This document shows positions 49,105 to 62,559 of a DNA stretch of 64,000 nt, in pieces (positions within the stretch are counted from its first letter, which is position 1; every line of letters begins with the position of its first letter). Source of the stretch: Octopus sinensis (lineage: Eukaryota); contig NC_042998.1 of the NCBI RefSeq assembly GCF_006345805.1, positions 192,758,001 to 192,822,000 of the forward strand. The letters are read 5' to 3'. The notes under the pieces were generated by a model. The model did not search any database and was not told the origin of the DNA. It saw only the letters and a program-made list of their open reading frames with translations. The position numbers and the translations under genes are program-made.

Positions 49105-49333
49105 ACCCATTTCTTTACTACCCACAAGGGGCTAAACACAGAGAGGACAAACAAGGACAGATTAAGTCGATTATACCGACCCCCAGTACGTAACTGGTAC
49201 TTATTTAATCGACCCCGGAAGGATGAAAGGCAAAGTCGACCACGGTGGAATTTGAACTCAGAACGTAACGGCAGACGAAATACGGCTACGCATTTCGCCC
49301 GGCGTGCTAACGTTTCTGCCAGCTCGCCGCCTT
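49105..49333 (-). mobile_element. SINE family B (another partial copy at 48652-48850)
   Basis: Family match. Confidence 0.85.
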
Positions 49334-49831
49334 AGCTGTCAATACGAAATATATCATACATACTCAGAGAATTCTTAAAGAAAACTTATGTCGAACTCTT
49401 CGAAATTTTTATGACCTGAGTTGTTGTTATTCATTGTTTTCTGTTTCTGTTCCGACTGTTCGTGACGACATCCTTTCAACACACGTGACTGTTTCCTACT
49501 CATGTTCACTGTACAACAATGTAGTCGATCTTTTTTTGTTTGGAAACACTTACCCTCTTTGTTCTCTTTCACCTCCACACTACTCACATTGTTTACCCAC
49601 TTCAGTTCATCCTTGACAACGAAAGACTTAGAGACTAAGCAAAAGAATAGAAATATTACATAAATGATAATAACAAAAGATTGATTTCGTTGCTGCTTCA
49701 AAAAATATGATTTAAATATTGAAACACTAAACTAGTTCTATGTTTACCAATGTTATAAATCAAAACTATTTCTAGGATTATTAATTGTTTATTAAGAAAT
49801 CCACTGGTTAAAATTATCATATTCTAACATT

Positions 49832-50249
49832 GAATCTTTTCGGTTTGAACGGCAGTTTTTAACATAATTTCCACGTAACTAAACACTTTTAAACTTCGTA
49901 TACTGGTAGAATGTGTTTATAAAACATCTTTTTCTTTTGGCTTTATTGAGAAAATTCTATAGTTTGTAAGACATTTGTTTTTTTTTCTTCAATTTCTGCA
50001 GTTTCAACCAATCAATGACGTGTATTGAGGTAAAAAAAACATTCTGTGCCGTATGAATATGTCCCTCGTTTAAGAAACAGATTGGGTTTATTTACATTTG
50101 TGAAGAAAAAAAAAGATACCCTTCTCCCACCCCTAACCCTAACCCTAAAACAGATTGAAATGCAATAGATCGATACTAGGGTCTTAATTATGGGTGACAA
50201 TTTCATATGACACCGCTAGAAAAAACTGCCGTTCAAACCGAAAAGATCC
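49832..50249. mobile_element. Merlin-like MITE, second copy
   Basis: Same TIRs as 27182-27593; 8-bp TSD ctaacatt; internal CCCTAA repeats. Confidence 0.88.
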
Positions 50250-51385
50250 CTAACATTTTAGTAGGTACTCAAACTGGTGTTTCTTTCAGAGATACAAGGT
50301 CTGAGAATAACAGCGGGAAACAAGAATTGGTAACGTCGTGATGGTCTAAGGCAGTTTGCATTAGTTTAGAAATAAAAGCAGCAATATTGTTAATATTTTA
50401 TTTACTGGTACTTCATCGAAACTTGTAGCTTGTCTTACAATATCAGAATGTAATGTTAGTAAAACTATATAACTTTAAAGATTGCCTCTGCTTTAATTAA
50501 CCTGAATATTAATTAAGCAGGATAAAATATTTTAGAATTTGACTTTATTATTAGCGTTTTCAAATTGCTTTGCAGTATTTCTTCCGCTTTTACGTTCTGA
50601 GTTCAAATTCCGCCGAAACGGACTTAGCCTTTCATTTATTCCAGGTCGATAAAATAAGCACCAGGCAAATACTGAGGTCGATGCAATCGACTAACCCCCA
50701 CCACCACCACCACCTATCCCGACATTTCAGACCTTGTGCTTGAATTAAAATGGGTTATTAGCGCTGTCAAAGAAGGCAGGATTGGTAGAATGGTCGAAAG
50801 AATGGTTTGTAGTATTCCTTTTGGTTCTCAACGTTCCTAGTTCTATTCCCGCCGAAGTACTTTAGCTTATCGATTCGTAGGAAGAACAATAGTTTCAACA
50901 AATCCCTCACCTAAAAATTGCTGGCCTTGTGTTAAAATTAAAAGCAATTATTAATATTGTGACGTCAGCAAAGACTGGATTAGCTTGTCACACATTTTTG
51001 TCAATAACATCGGTTGATTTTGCGCCAAATTTTCCTTTAATTGCTGTCATTGTTTCTATTTCTTTACTACCCACAAGGGGCTAAACACAGAGGGGACAAA
51101 CAAGAACAGACAAACGGATTAAGTCGATTACATCGACCCCAGTGCGTAACTGGTACTTAATTTATCGACCCTGAAAGGATGAAAGGTAAAGTCAATCTCG
51201 GCGGAATTTGAACTCAGAACGTTTAGGCAGACGAAATTCGGCTACGCATTTCACCCGCCGTGCTAACGTTTCTGCGAGCTCAAGTCAACTCCGATCAGGC
51301 AGACCTGCAGTCAAATGCTCTCTATTCTTGACCATCTCATCTTTCGTTTGAACATAGTGTATCTAGAACTACATTACCCAATGTG

Positions 51386-51619
51386 AAGGCGGCGAGCTGG
51401 CAGAAACGTTAGCATGCCAAGCGAAATGCTTAGCAGTATTTCATCTGCCGCTACGTTCTGAGTTCAAATTCCGCCGAGGTCGGCTTTGCCTTTCATCCTT
51501 TCGGAGTAGATAAATAAAGTACCAGTTACGCACTGGGGTCGATGTAATCGACTTAATCCGTTTGTCTGTCCTTGTTTGTCCCCTCTATGTTTAGCCCCTT
51601 GTGGGCAATAAAGAAATAT
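51386..51619 (+). mobile_element. SINE family B monomer (an opposite-strand copy lies at 51055-51281)
   Basis: 15-bp TSD acattacccaatgtg at 51371-51385 / 51620-51634. Confidence 0.9.
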
Positions 51620-52104
51620 ACATTACCCAATGTGTTCTTTTTTTAAAAGAGACTACACGAGATTGACGCTATCATAACTACTATTTCTCGTTGGTCGTGT
51701 AATTACTTTGATTGAATCGCAATGTAGACTTGCAGAATAAATACAGGCTGTTTCTGTTTTTATATACCAGAATATGAAGATATTACAAGTGAGAAGTGAC
51801 TGTTATCACATACCAATTTAATTCGTTTTAGAAATTGCTTTTGCATGCTGCAATATATTGATTTCTTTCGACGACAAAATATATGAGAATTGTAAAGTTT
51901 TGCCATATTTCAAGAACCTGTTATATCCGTCGCAGAGTGATGGAAACCTGTTACATACTACTTGGACATGAACTTAGAATACAGAGTAGAAAACTAAGTA
52001 TTTAATCGAATTTTTAACTACTACTTCAACGATATCCACTGTCAAGCCATGGTACAAAATATTTACTGTATTTTTATGGTAATATACACAGTAAAGTTAG
52101 TGAG

Positions 52105-52380
52105 AGAGCATCTAAGTGATTACGGAAACTGAAGGAAGCCCATCCTATATATGTATGTGTGTGTATATGTTTGTGTGTCTGTGTTTGTTCCCTCAACATC
52201 GCTTGACAACCGATGGTGTTGTGCTTGCCGCCCCGTAACTTAATGGTTCGGCAAAAGAGGCCGATAGAATAAGTACTAGGCTTACAAAGAATAAGTCTCG
52301 GGGTCGATTTGTTCGACTAAAGGCGGTGATCCAGCATGGCCGTAGTCGAATGACTGAAACAAAAGAATAAAATAGAGTAA
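52105..52380 (+). mobile_element. SINE family A, 5'-truncated
   Basis: Family match. Confidence 0.8.
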
Positions 52381-52944
52381 GAAGGTGTGCTGTAATCGTA
52401 TTTAACAACCAAGTCTTTGGAATAACATCCTGGAGCCTTAGAAAAGAAAAGGCCTTTTGGATAATATCGTTCTTCGTGCATGTAATTGAAAAACAAGACA
52501 AGATGGTCACGCCAGAATACGTTTTGATCACGGGTCTGTCGGTTTAATCAAAAGGGCCAGGAATCTGAAAAGCAGAACAACACATCTGAATGTTATTTGC
52601 GATGGTTACAGGTTATGAATCAATACATTCAGATAATGATGCAAAGTCCCTGAATTAAATTAAATTGTTAGCAGATAGTGTCAAAACGAAGTGTGTGTGT
52701 GTGAAAATGTTATGAAACATCATTATGAAACCCGTTATAAGTGTCGAGGTGTGTAAAAACCTTTGCTTTGATAAACATAATTACAGGATTATTAATAAAT
52801 AGATTGACATATTTCTCAATAGGTTTTGGGGGGGCTTTTTGCACCTTTTGAAGTTCGTTTGAATTGCTAATAGAATTGGTTGAATCGGCTAGTAATTTTA
52901 ACCCTTAGAACTTGCTCTCAGAGTATTACCAAGTACTCTTGGTA

Positions 52945-53328
52945 CGTCTGCCGCTACGTGGTACTTCGTCTGCCGCTACGTTGTGAGTTCAAATTCCGCC
53001 GAGGTCGACTTTGCCTTTCATCCCTTCGGGGTCGATAAATTAAGTACCAGCTACGCACTGGGGTCGATGTAATCGACTTAATACCTTTGTCTGTCCTTGT
53101 TTGTCCCGTCTATGTTTAGCCCCTTGTGAGTAGTAAAGAAATAGGTATTTCGTCTGCCGCTACGTTCGGAGTTCAAGTTCCGCCGAGGTCGACTTTGCCT
53201 TTCATCCCTTCGGGGTCGATAAATTAAGTACCAGTTACGCACTGGGGTCGATGTAATCGGCTTAATACCTTTGTTTTTCCTTGTTTGTCCCGTCTAAGTT
53301 TGGCTCCTTGTGGGTAATAAAGAAATAG
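52945..53328 (+). mobile_element. SINE family B dimer, headless
   Basis: Two B-box + body units. Confidence 0.85.
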
Positions 53329-54187
53329 GAAAGTAACTGGATAATTTTCAAACCCCAGTTAAAATTCAGAAATATATTTCAATTACGTATTTCCTTTTTC
53401 TTTTTATTTGCACTTTTAAAATGTTAGATTTATCAGAAATTCCATTTTTTGGTAACAATAATTCATATTTCATTTGCTTATAAATATACTACTTTGGAAA
53501 CCCAGTTCTTAAGCCAACTATTTGTGATGATAAATTTATCTAATAAACATTTTATGTTCAGTTTCTTCTATTTTCCATTCTCGAAACAGCTCATTAATAA
53601 AATAGTCTTTTTTTTTTTTTTAGTTTTGATTTTATCAAATGTGTAATGTATCGTTAGTCATTGTAAGGTTTGACGCTAAGCTATAATGCAAGGTATCTTC
53701 GGCTTTATAGATTTAGAGCGAGCTTTAATGACAGAAGCAAAATAAAAAAAACGGAAATAAATATAAAAGAAAAAAAAACTGATTTCTTTTATTCTGCGAG
53801 ACGTTAGCAGCTAATTCATTTTCGTTGAAGATAAACCATGTTAATTTAACTAGAAATCACCAGCTTTCATTTACACTCCCACATAAACCGCTACTTCTTC
53901 CTCCTACATATCTGAAGATAATGGCTTGTCACATGTTTATTTTGTCAGCTAAACGAAATATCATTGCTACAAAATGAATTACTCTGATGAGATAAGAATT
54001 TTGGTCAACACAAGAATTACGTTTTTGTGAATCGTCTTCCAAAACGTCTGGTTGTTATTTAGCTCCAGATCAGTCTGGATCCAGTAGTTCTTAGGCCAAA
54101 CGTTTTCCACCTCTGACTATTTCATTCTATATATCTAAGATAACTTTATGTAATGTGCTTTCTTTCTTTCTTTTTTTGTTCCCTATA

Positions 54188-54396
54188 AGCATAGGAGTGG
54201 TTGTGTGGTAAGTAGCTTGCTTACTAACTACACGGTTCCGGGTTCATTCCCACTGCGTGGCACCTTGGGCAAGTGTCTTCTACTATAGTCTCGGGCCGGT
54301 CAAGGCCTTGTGAGTGGATTTGGTAGACGGAAACTGAAAGAAGCCCATCCGATATATGTATATATGTGTGTTTGTGTGTGTGTATATGTGTGTGTG

Positions 54397-54439
<43 letters not shown>

Positions 54440-54712
54440 GTGTGTGTATATGTGTGTGTGTGTATATGTATGTGTGTGTGTATGTGTGTGTGTGTATATG
54501 TTTGTGTGTCTGTGTTTGTCCCTCCCACGACATCGCCTGACAACCGATGCTGGTGTGTTTACGTCACCATAACTTAGCGGTTCGGCAAAAGAGGCCGATA
54601 CAATAAGTACTAGGCTTACAAGGAATAAGTCCTGGGGTCGATTTGGTCAACTAAAGGCGGTGCTCCAGCATGGCCGCAGTCAAATGACTGAAACAAAAGA
54701 ATAAAATAGAGT
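54188..54712 (+). mobile_element. SINE family A with expanded (TG)n
   Basis: Family match. Confidence 0.85.
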
Positions 54713-54864
54713 AAGAAGGTATGCTGTATTCGTATTTAGTCATGTAGAAGGCCTGCAAGGTATTTTCCTTAATCCAATTTATATTTGTTACATTTATAAT
54801 CAACGTCATTTCATTCCCTCTAGAGAGAATGTAGTGACGCTGATAATATATCAGATGCCATGAT

Positions 54865-55063
54865 AGATCGTTAGCCACTACACACATTTTTTCTCTCCTT
54901 TTTTCTCTCCTTGTTTCTCTCCTTGTTGTTTCTGTGTCCCTTTCTGTAGAAGAGCGTAGGCTCGAAACGTAAAAGACTTTTTCTATTCCTGAGCGTCATA
55001 CTTATACATCTGTTTGTTTTGTACACCACCTGTCTTCGTCTTTTGTTTCTTTTCGTAAACTCT

Positions 55064-55065
<2 letters not shown>
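54865..55065 (+). mobile_element. Penelope-like pseudo-LTR fragment carrying a hammerhead-like motif
   Basis: ctgtagaagagcgtaggctcgaaacgt; reverse copy at 63010-63300. Confidence 0.6.
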
Positions 55066-55116
<51 letters not shown>

Positions 55117-55117
<1 letters not shown>

Positions 55118-55655
55118 TAGCCGGCCCTGTGCCGTAAAAAATGACGGCTAATTGTAGTATTTTATGTATAAATAAGGTACAAAGCCAAGTTTTTAGTTTA
55201 ATAATTCTTTTATTATTAAATTTATAATGTACCTTCCAACTGCAATCGTTTTATATTCTTGATACACCCAGGCAATAATTATTTATTCTAATGAGTTTGT
55301 ATGTTTATGTAGGTGTGTGTGATGGTAATAATTATTTTTAACAAAACATAGAATAATGATGGTAAATCGAATTAATACACTTGTCAATGTTATCTAGTGG
55401 TTGTCTTTTGAGATGTGACATTGATCATCGTTTGTTACTGAAAGAACGCTGGTTCACACATACAAACGTTTACATACTTCCCTTGTACACACACACCTCC
55501 CTTTTACATACTCACACAGAGTTGAAAATCTGTTTGATTTTATTCATCATCCCACTACCACATTTACCCTCACCCCCTCATTCCTTATTTATCTATCACC
55601 CCTTCCTTTCTCATTCATATGTTGTAACGGAGAAAAACACAAGAGTATTATTATA

Positions 55656-55690
<35 letters not shown>
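55117..55690 (-). mobile_element. Helitron-like element (second family)
   Basis: CTAG end with gccgtaaaaaatgacggc hairpin; other end in (TA)n. Confidence 0.5.
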
Positions 55691-55692
<2 letters not shown>

Positions 55693-57530
55693 CAAAATTG
55701 CTAGTTCTGAAATGTCTCTAGGAGATCAACGCAGTAGTTGTACTGACAAGTAATATTCGTAGCCACCTCAACATGGCTGTCCGTTCGAACAGACTCTATT
55801 GCGGTTTTTTAACCACAAGAGTGGCGGCTATTTTGCTCAAAATGAAACTTCAAATTTATGTTTGAAATTTTGCGAAAAATATTTTTCACTCTTTTCATAA
55901 AAAGGATTGAAAACAAAATGGTACGTATTGATTTTAAAGAAATTCACACCTGTAAACATAAATATACGTATACATTCACACACACATACAAACCTTCGTC
56001 TGTCTGCTGTTGACATATTGCAGAGGACAAAACCTTATTCTAATACCTTTTTCCGTAAGCCTGTTACGGTTTCTCCTAAAAACATGATTCGTTTTTTGTC
56101 AAAGGTTTAAGTTGCACTTGTTTCGCTCGGAATGTTATTGGTACTACATATCTAGATCTAGAAGAAAGCCATGCCATCCATCTATCATTAGCTAGTTTTA
56201 AATGCGAAACTGTGTGGAGAAAGGAACTGCAACCATGACATCATCACAGATTGGTGAGGCTCGTGTCTCTGATGCCTATCCAGAACACATGCCAGTCAAT
56301 TTCTGCAGGAAAGAATGGAGCCATGGTGTAATCAAGGGGAGAGGTCCGAATGCTTGCAACAGAGTCCACTCCTCTGAAGGTTTCCACAGCAGATGATATT
56401 TTTTAAATTGTGAAATAGATCAAATAGCTTCTTGGGTTTTTTTTCCCCGTATAATACCGGTCCTCATTTTCTCAATCCTAATTTTAATTTAAAGCGTGTA
56501 TGATTAACTTGGGATCACAAAGTATTCTGCTTCTCTCTGTTTCCTTAAAAAAGGAGAAAAGTAACTTTAAAAATCAGAACAATATGTATCCGTAAACATT
56601 TAACCTGGTATGAGATTTACTAGCGAAGTGTGACGTTTACAAGTAGCTATTCTGTTTTATCACTGGTTTATGGCTGCCGTTTGTAATTTTAAATAAATTG
56701 TGGGATTGTTGTTTCTTTATAATCGATCCATATTCAACATCTAAAAACAAGGCTCAAAAGCTTCGGGAGCAGTGCGACTAATTAGATTAATTAATCTTTC
56801 GTTTGAAGCGTTTCTGACCGACTCTAACGAAAAATATTAACTGAATTGCCTTTGGCTCAATTATTCCAACCAAAGTGATATGCATTGGTGCTTCTTAATA
56901 ATTATTAAACATTAAAACAAGAATCCTATTTCGAGACAATGTATCCTGACATTATTTTGTCTAAAGTAATGACTACTATTATATTTAATGATGAAAATTG
57001 CTCAGATCGTATTTTTTTAATAATCATTTTGGTAGTGTGTGTGTGTGTGTGTGTGGACTTAATAGTATATTTTTAAAACTATTTCCTGGAATTAAATCTA
57101 TATGTTGGATGGCCACTTACTAAAGCAGGAAATTAACGAGAAAAATCTCAATTAGTTATTTCTTTAAAGACTGATGCAACTAAATTAATACAACAAACAT
57201 AGTTAAAAAAAGAAAAAGAGTTTCTGTTTATTTGATTATACAGTTTGAATGTGCAAACTTTACTCTAAGACATATTCACGTGTGCATTTATGGTATTTAA
57301 TCATGAATTATATCCACTTGTAAGTGGATATAATTATATATATGAGTGTGTGATGAATGTTTTGCGAGATCACTGCATCGTTTTGTACGTGATTGATTAG
57401 TATATTAGGTTGTACAAAGTTCCAAGCATATTTCTCGAGAATCTTGAAATCTGTTTTTAATAATAATCTGCTTTGGATGTAGAAAATTGAGTTACCAAAG
57501 ATATATCAAGTGCATTTTTGGAAGCACTTT

Positions 57531-57914
57531 GGAAGCACTCCGTCGATTACGACGATGAGGGTTCCGGTTGATCCGAATCAACGGAACAGCCTGCTTGTGA
57601 AATTAACGTGCAAGTGGCTGAGCACCCCACAGACACGTGCACCCTTAACGTAGTTCTCGGGGATATTCAGCGTGACACAGAGAGTGACAAGGCCGGCCCT
57701 TTGAAATACAGGTACAACAGAAACAGGAAGTAAGAGTGAGAGAAAGTTGTGGTGGAAGAGTACAGCAGGGATCACCACCATCCCCTGCCGGAGCGTCGTG
57801 GAGCTTTTAGGTGTTTTCGCTCAATAAACACTCACAACGCCCGGTCTGGGAATCGAAACCGCGATCCTTTGACCGCGAGTCCGCTGCCCTAACCACTGGG
57901 CCATTGCGCCTCCA
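57531..57914 (-). mobile_element. SINE family D
   Basis: Family match. Confidence 0.88.
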
Positions 57915-58370
57915 CATATTGAGTGCAATACACTGCTGGTTATAAGTGCACACGTGTCATACAAACTCTTGCTTTTCTAAATATTGGAACTATCTATCGT
58001 TTAGTTTGTTTAGGAATATAATACTAGAAGGGCGACAAAAAACAGCATCACATATTTTAGGTAAATATCTCTCACCGGGAAGCTTTTATTGTTTTCGTGT
58101 TCAGCAAAAACTGTATTGATCTTGCTTTTATTTTTAGTGCGGTGTAGTGATTTTTGTGTTAAGATTGTATTTGCTGATGAATTTTAATACGTTAAGTGAT
58201 CACTACTATCGTATTTACTGTGATACAAATGGAAGATGCTCAATTAACCTCTGTGTTCCTTATAAAATAACCAGCCTTCATATGTTGACTTGGAGAACAT
58301 TTAGTTATTCATATTTCGTTTTTGGATTTGGTTTGCAAGATTCTTTATATGAATTCGTGTGTTGAAGCAT

Positions 58371-59128
58371 ATTCTGTTGTGTCTGGGGTGAGTCATTTTC
58401 TTTTTGTGCCTTATAAAGTAACACACTCACCGGTAAAATTTCCACTTTTTTCTTATTTTTATTGTCCTAAAACTTTCGTTGCGCATTGTAACCTTTTCAA
58501 TAGTTTTGACTCTAAAACAATAGTTTTAGAGAGTCAAAACTATTGAAAAGGTTGCAAGACGCAACGAAAAGTAGTCAAAACTATTGTTTTAGAGTCAAAA
58601 CTATTGAAAAGGTAGCAAGACGCAACGAAAATTTTAGGACAATAAAAATAAGAAAAAAGTGGAAATTTTACCGATGGGTGTGTTACATTGTGTGGAAGCA
58701 CTCCGTCGGTTACGACGATGAGGGTTCCGGTTGATCCGAATCAACGGAACAGCCTGCTCGTGAAATTAACGTGTAAGTGGCTGAGCACTCCACAGACACG
58801 TGCACCCTTAACGTAGTTCTCGGGGATATTCAGCGTGACACAGAGAGTGACAAGGCTGGCCCCTTGAAATACAGGTACAACAGAAACAGGAAGTAAGAGT
58901 GAGAGAAAGTTGTGGTGAAAGAGTACAGCAGGGATCACCACCATCCCCTGCCGGAGCCTCGTGGAGGTTTTAGGTGTTTTCGCTCAATAAACACTCACAA
59001 CGCCCGGTCTGGGAATCGAAACCGCAATCCTATGACCGCGAGTCCGCTGCCCTAACCACTGGGCCATTGCGCCTCCGTTACATTATAAGGCACAAAAAGA
59101 AAATGACTCTCCCCAGACACAACAGAAT
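58371..59128. mobile_element. Fold-back MITE interrupted by SINE family D (58694-59076)
   Basis: Long inverted arms; the SINE is flanked by the repeat gttacatt and splits the right arm. Confidence 0.8.
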
Positions 59129-59810
59129 TTAGTTATTCAATTAATCAGAAATAATTATCCCCTCTAAAGGATTTATATGTAAGTCGTTTATATTACAACG
59201 TCGTTAGCTTCTGAAGTAGCATTTCCCAAACTTGGTTCCCCTGAGATCTCAGGTTTCACTAGAGTCTCCTCTTGAAACACTGATAAAATTGTTAATTATA
59301 TGCAAATACATATTTTTTTCATTCGTTTTTCTGCTTACGTTTTTATTCATAATTTTATTATATGTGGATCACATGTTCCGCAAGGTAGAGGAATTTTCGT
59401 ATCCGTAGATAGCAAAGAGATCATACGAGGTAAATAACCTTTTAACTGGGAATTATGAAGAAATTTAGTCTTAAAAAAAGGTTTGAGTTAAGATGAAGTT
59501 TATTAAACTCCTTTTTGTGGTGACTGGTGAATTAACCACGGTCCAAACTTTAGAAAATGGTTTGGGGATTTCTCGAAAATTTTATGAAATTTAGCTTTCT
59601 AAAAGAGAAATAAATAGATTAATAAAGATACATAATAATTTTTTTATGTAGGGACACCCCGAGACATGGAATGTCTTTCAAGGTTTCACCAAAATATTTT
59701 TAAAAATGAGAGGTAGGGAAACTCTGTTCCGGAGGATCTGTTTCTCTCCTTAATCATATTTATGGCTATATCAGTTCAAAAGGATTTACCGACGTTCAGA
59801 TGAACCAATA

Positions 59811-60184
59811 TCTCTCTATATATAAACGGCAGTTTGTCTGTCTGCGTGCCTGTGTGTCTGTTAGGTTGTACCCTCACCCTGACCACGGCTTTCAACCGAT
59901 TCTGATGAAACTTGACACACACATAGCCCAATGTCATAATTCAAAACTAACGCAGCGAAAATTTTGAAAAGTTCCCCCAGTTCTGAAAAAAATCGATAAA
60001 TTCGACATAGGGTCGAGAATCAGAAACACAAACCACAGACTGTCTAGGGGACCTTTTTAACTCTCAAAAAAAAATTTACCATCATTTCCCCCCATTTTTT
60101 TGCTATTTTTTGGCTATAACTCTCTAAAAATGCTTTATAGTTATTTCCCTTACAAACCCGAGCAACACCGGGCGATACTGCTTG
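59811..60184 (+). mobile_element. Helitron-like element, same family as 47701
   Basis: A|TC start, 3' hairpin, CTTG end (mutated CTAG). Confidence 0.8.
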
Positions 60185-60439
60185 TACTAAATATAGAAAT
60201 CAAATCACCTTCAAATTACACCTTGATGTCTTCAGTAAACAAGTCTGCTTTTAAAAATGTAGTTTGTTTTACAAAACGCGACTGGTGACAGCTAGAAAGT
60301 CTTTGATCATAAGTCCTTACGATTAGGTGGGACCGAGGATTAAACAACAGCTATTAATGCTAAAAGCAAGGTTATATAAACTCTACTATTTAATACATAT
60401 CTATTTTGGGATTTAAAAAAAAAAAGATAACGATCGTTC

Positions 60440-60675
60440 CCGAGTCATATAAATTCAAAGGGCCGGTTTCCCAGTTTCCGTAGCGTATATATATATTTCC
60501 CACCGGGATGAGACGTCGCTTCATCGCAGGATTACTCGTTTTTGCCAGCTGAGTGGACTGGAGTAACGTGAAATAAAGTGTTTTGATGACGAACACAACG
60601 CATCGCCCGGTCCAGGAATCGAAACCACAATTATACGATCATGAATCCGACACACTAAGCCACGCACATCCACCG
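60440..60675 (-). mobile_element. Decayed tRNA-derived SINE (CORE-like)
   Basis: ggaatcgaaacc B-box and gctgagtggactggag core segment. Confidence 0.6.
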
Positions 60676-61579
60676 TCTATTTTAGAGTTATTATGAAAAT
60701 AATTTATAGTTTGTTATATGTAGTACAAAACGGAGTTTTCTTCTGTTGATGACCAAGATATCGCATCATTAAAACCACCGTAATAGGCATAGGTTTCTAG
60801 CAAGAAATATCAAGTAGTGTTTGACTCAAGAGTAGAACGTGAGATGAGATGCAGATATTTCCCAACCGAATTAGCTCACTTTCATAGTATATTTACATAT
60901 TGTGCTTATTAAACCGATCATACAGCAAAACTGAATCCAATTATTCTGTGAGCAAGTTCCATTTTAGCTCTGTGTGTGTATGTCTATATACATATACATG
61001 TGTATGTGAGTATAATATTATATATAATATGTATTTCAGAACTGATATAGGATAGGAAATGTGAAGAGGCTTTCACGGAATTCAAACGTTTTATAAACTG
61101 CTATTTCAGTTATATTAAAGACTGGTGTATTAATTTGCCAAAATCACAAAAACGTTTTGTAGTCACACAACCACCAACACATAGTCAAGCATCACACTTA
61201 CATTTGATGTTTTACCACGAAAATTTATCGGGAAATTTGAGTTGTTGTTCTTGAACTGAAGGCTGCCGGTGTATGTGCATATGTGTTTGCGTGTTGCTCT
61301 TACTAACAATATATGTACTTGTAGCACATACAGTCACAATTAGTGACGGCACAATATTGCGTAGCTCAGTTCAGTGTTCAAACTCCACAAAGCTCATGAT
61401 GCAGTTATCTACGCTGTCCGTGTATATAAATGTGCTTTTTCGCAACTATAAGTGGTTTAACAGCTATTTCTAACAATGTATGTGCTTGTAGCACATATAG
61501 TCACAATTAGTGACGTCTGAATTTTGCCTATACGGCTTATATTGCGCTCAGCTACCCACATTAATTATATATATATATA

Positions 61580-61900
61580 TTCTCCTTGCCCTGTCTTTTA
61601 CTGTTTATAATTTGTACTGTCTTTACTGTCCTGTTTTTGTTACCATTTTTACCCCTCCGCAAAATTTTTTTATTTAATTTGCTTTTTGCGGGAAGGAATG
61701 TTTCAATGAAGTTGTGTCTCGCCTTGACCTTCGAAACGCGGAGTAGATGAAACAGAGGCGACTGAAGAAGGGGAATTTTCCTTGTGTTGTATGTCCTGTA
61801 CTCTATTTTTTCGTTGTTTAAGAAAAATGTCCATTTCCTTGGTTTTGTGTTTATGTTTTCGTTTCTCATTGTGTTCGCCATTTTTTGGGTGTCCTGTACC
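61580..61900 (+). repeat. Probable Penelope-like terminal repeat fragment
   Basis: T-rich repeat with cttcgaaacgcg motif, bounded by (TA)n. Confidence 0.35.
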
Positions 61901-62378
61901 CATATATGCATGTATATATACATGTAGATGTAGGTACGTACATATATGTATGTATATATGCATATGTTTTATTTATTAATTTGTTTTATATATATATATA
62001 TATATATATAGGTACATCTATCTATATATCTATATATATATATATATACATATGTACCTGTTGAAAACGATTTCACCTCGCGAGTAAAAGTTATTTACTT
62101 GCTAAACTAAAATCAGAAACCAATTGGTCCAGGAAATTAGATGGTAAAATGTTTTTATTTTATCATTTCGTTCCTGTCGAATTTTATCCCTAATTTTTGT
62201 GGTTATAGAACCTAGCTGTTCTTTCTAGCGTGTTTGAATCCCATGAGTGGATTCTTTATGTGTTTATATGCACACTGTATTTTATGACTAATACATAGTC
62301 TTTTTTGGACTAAATTTTTACATGCTAATCCACTGAAAGTGAAAATTTCTATTAATTTCCATTTCCCTTTGATATGAT

Positions 62379-62414
<36 letters not shown>

Positions 62415-62559
62415 CATACACGTGTGTGTGTGTGTGTACGCATGCACGCTTGTGCGCACGTTATGAATTTGTATATATGAACACGTCTCCCTCAGCGGGC
62501 TCGTTGAGGCAAACTAACTTTCTTCTGCTGTTGGTTCTAAACAAAATATTCCTATGCCA

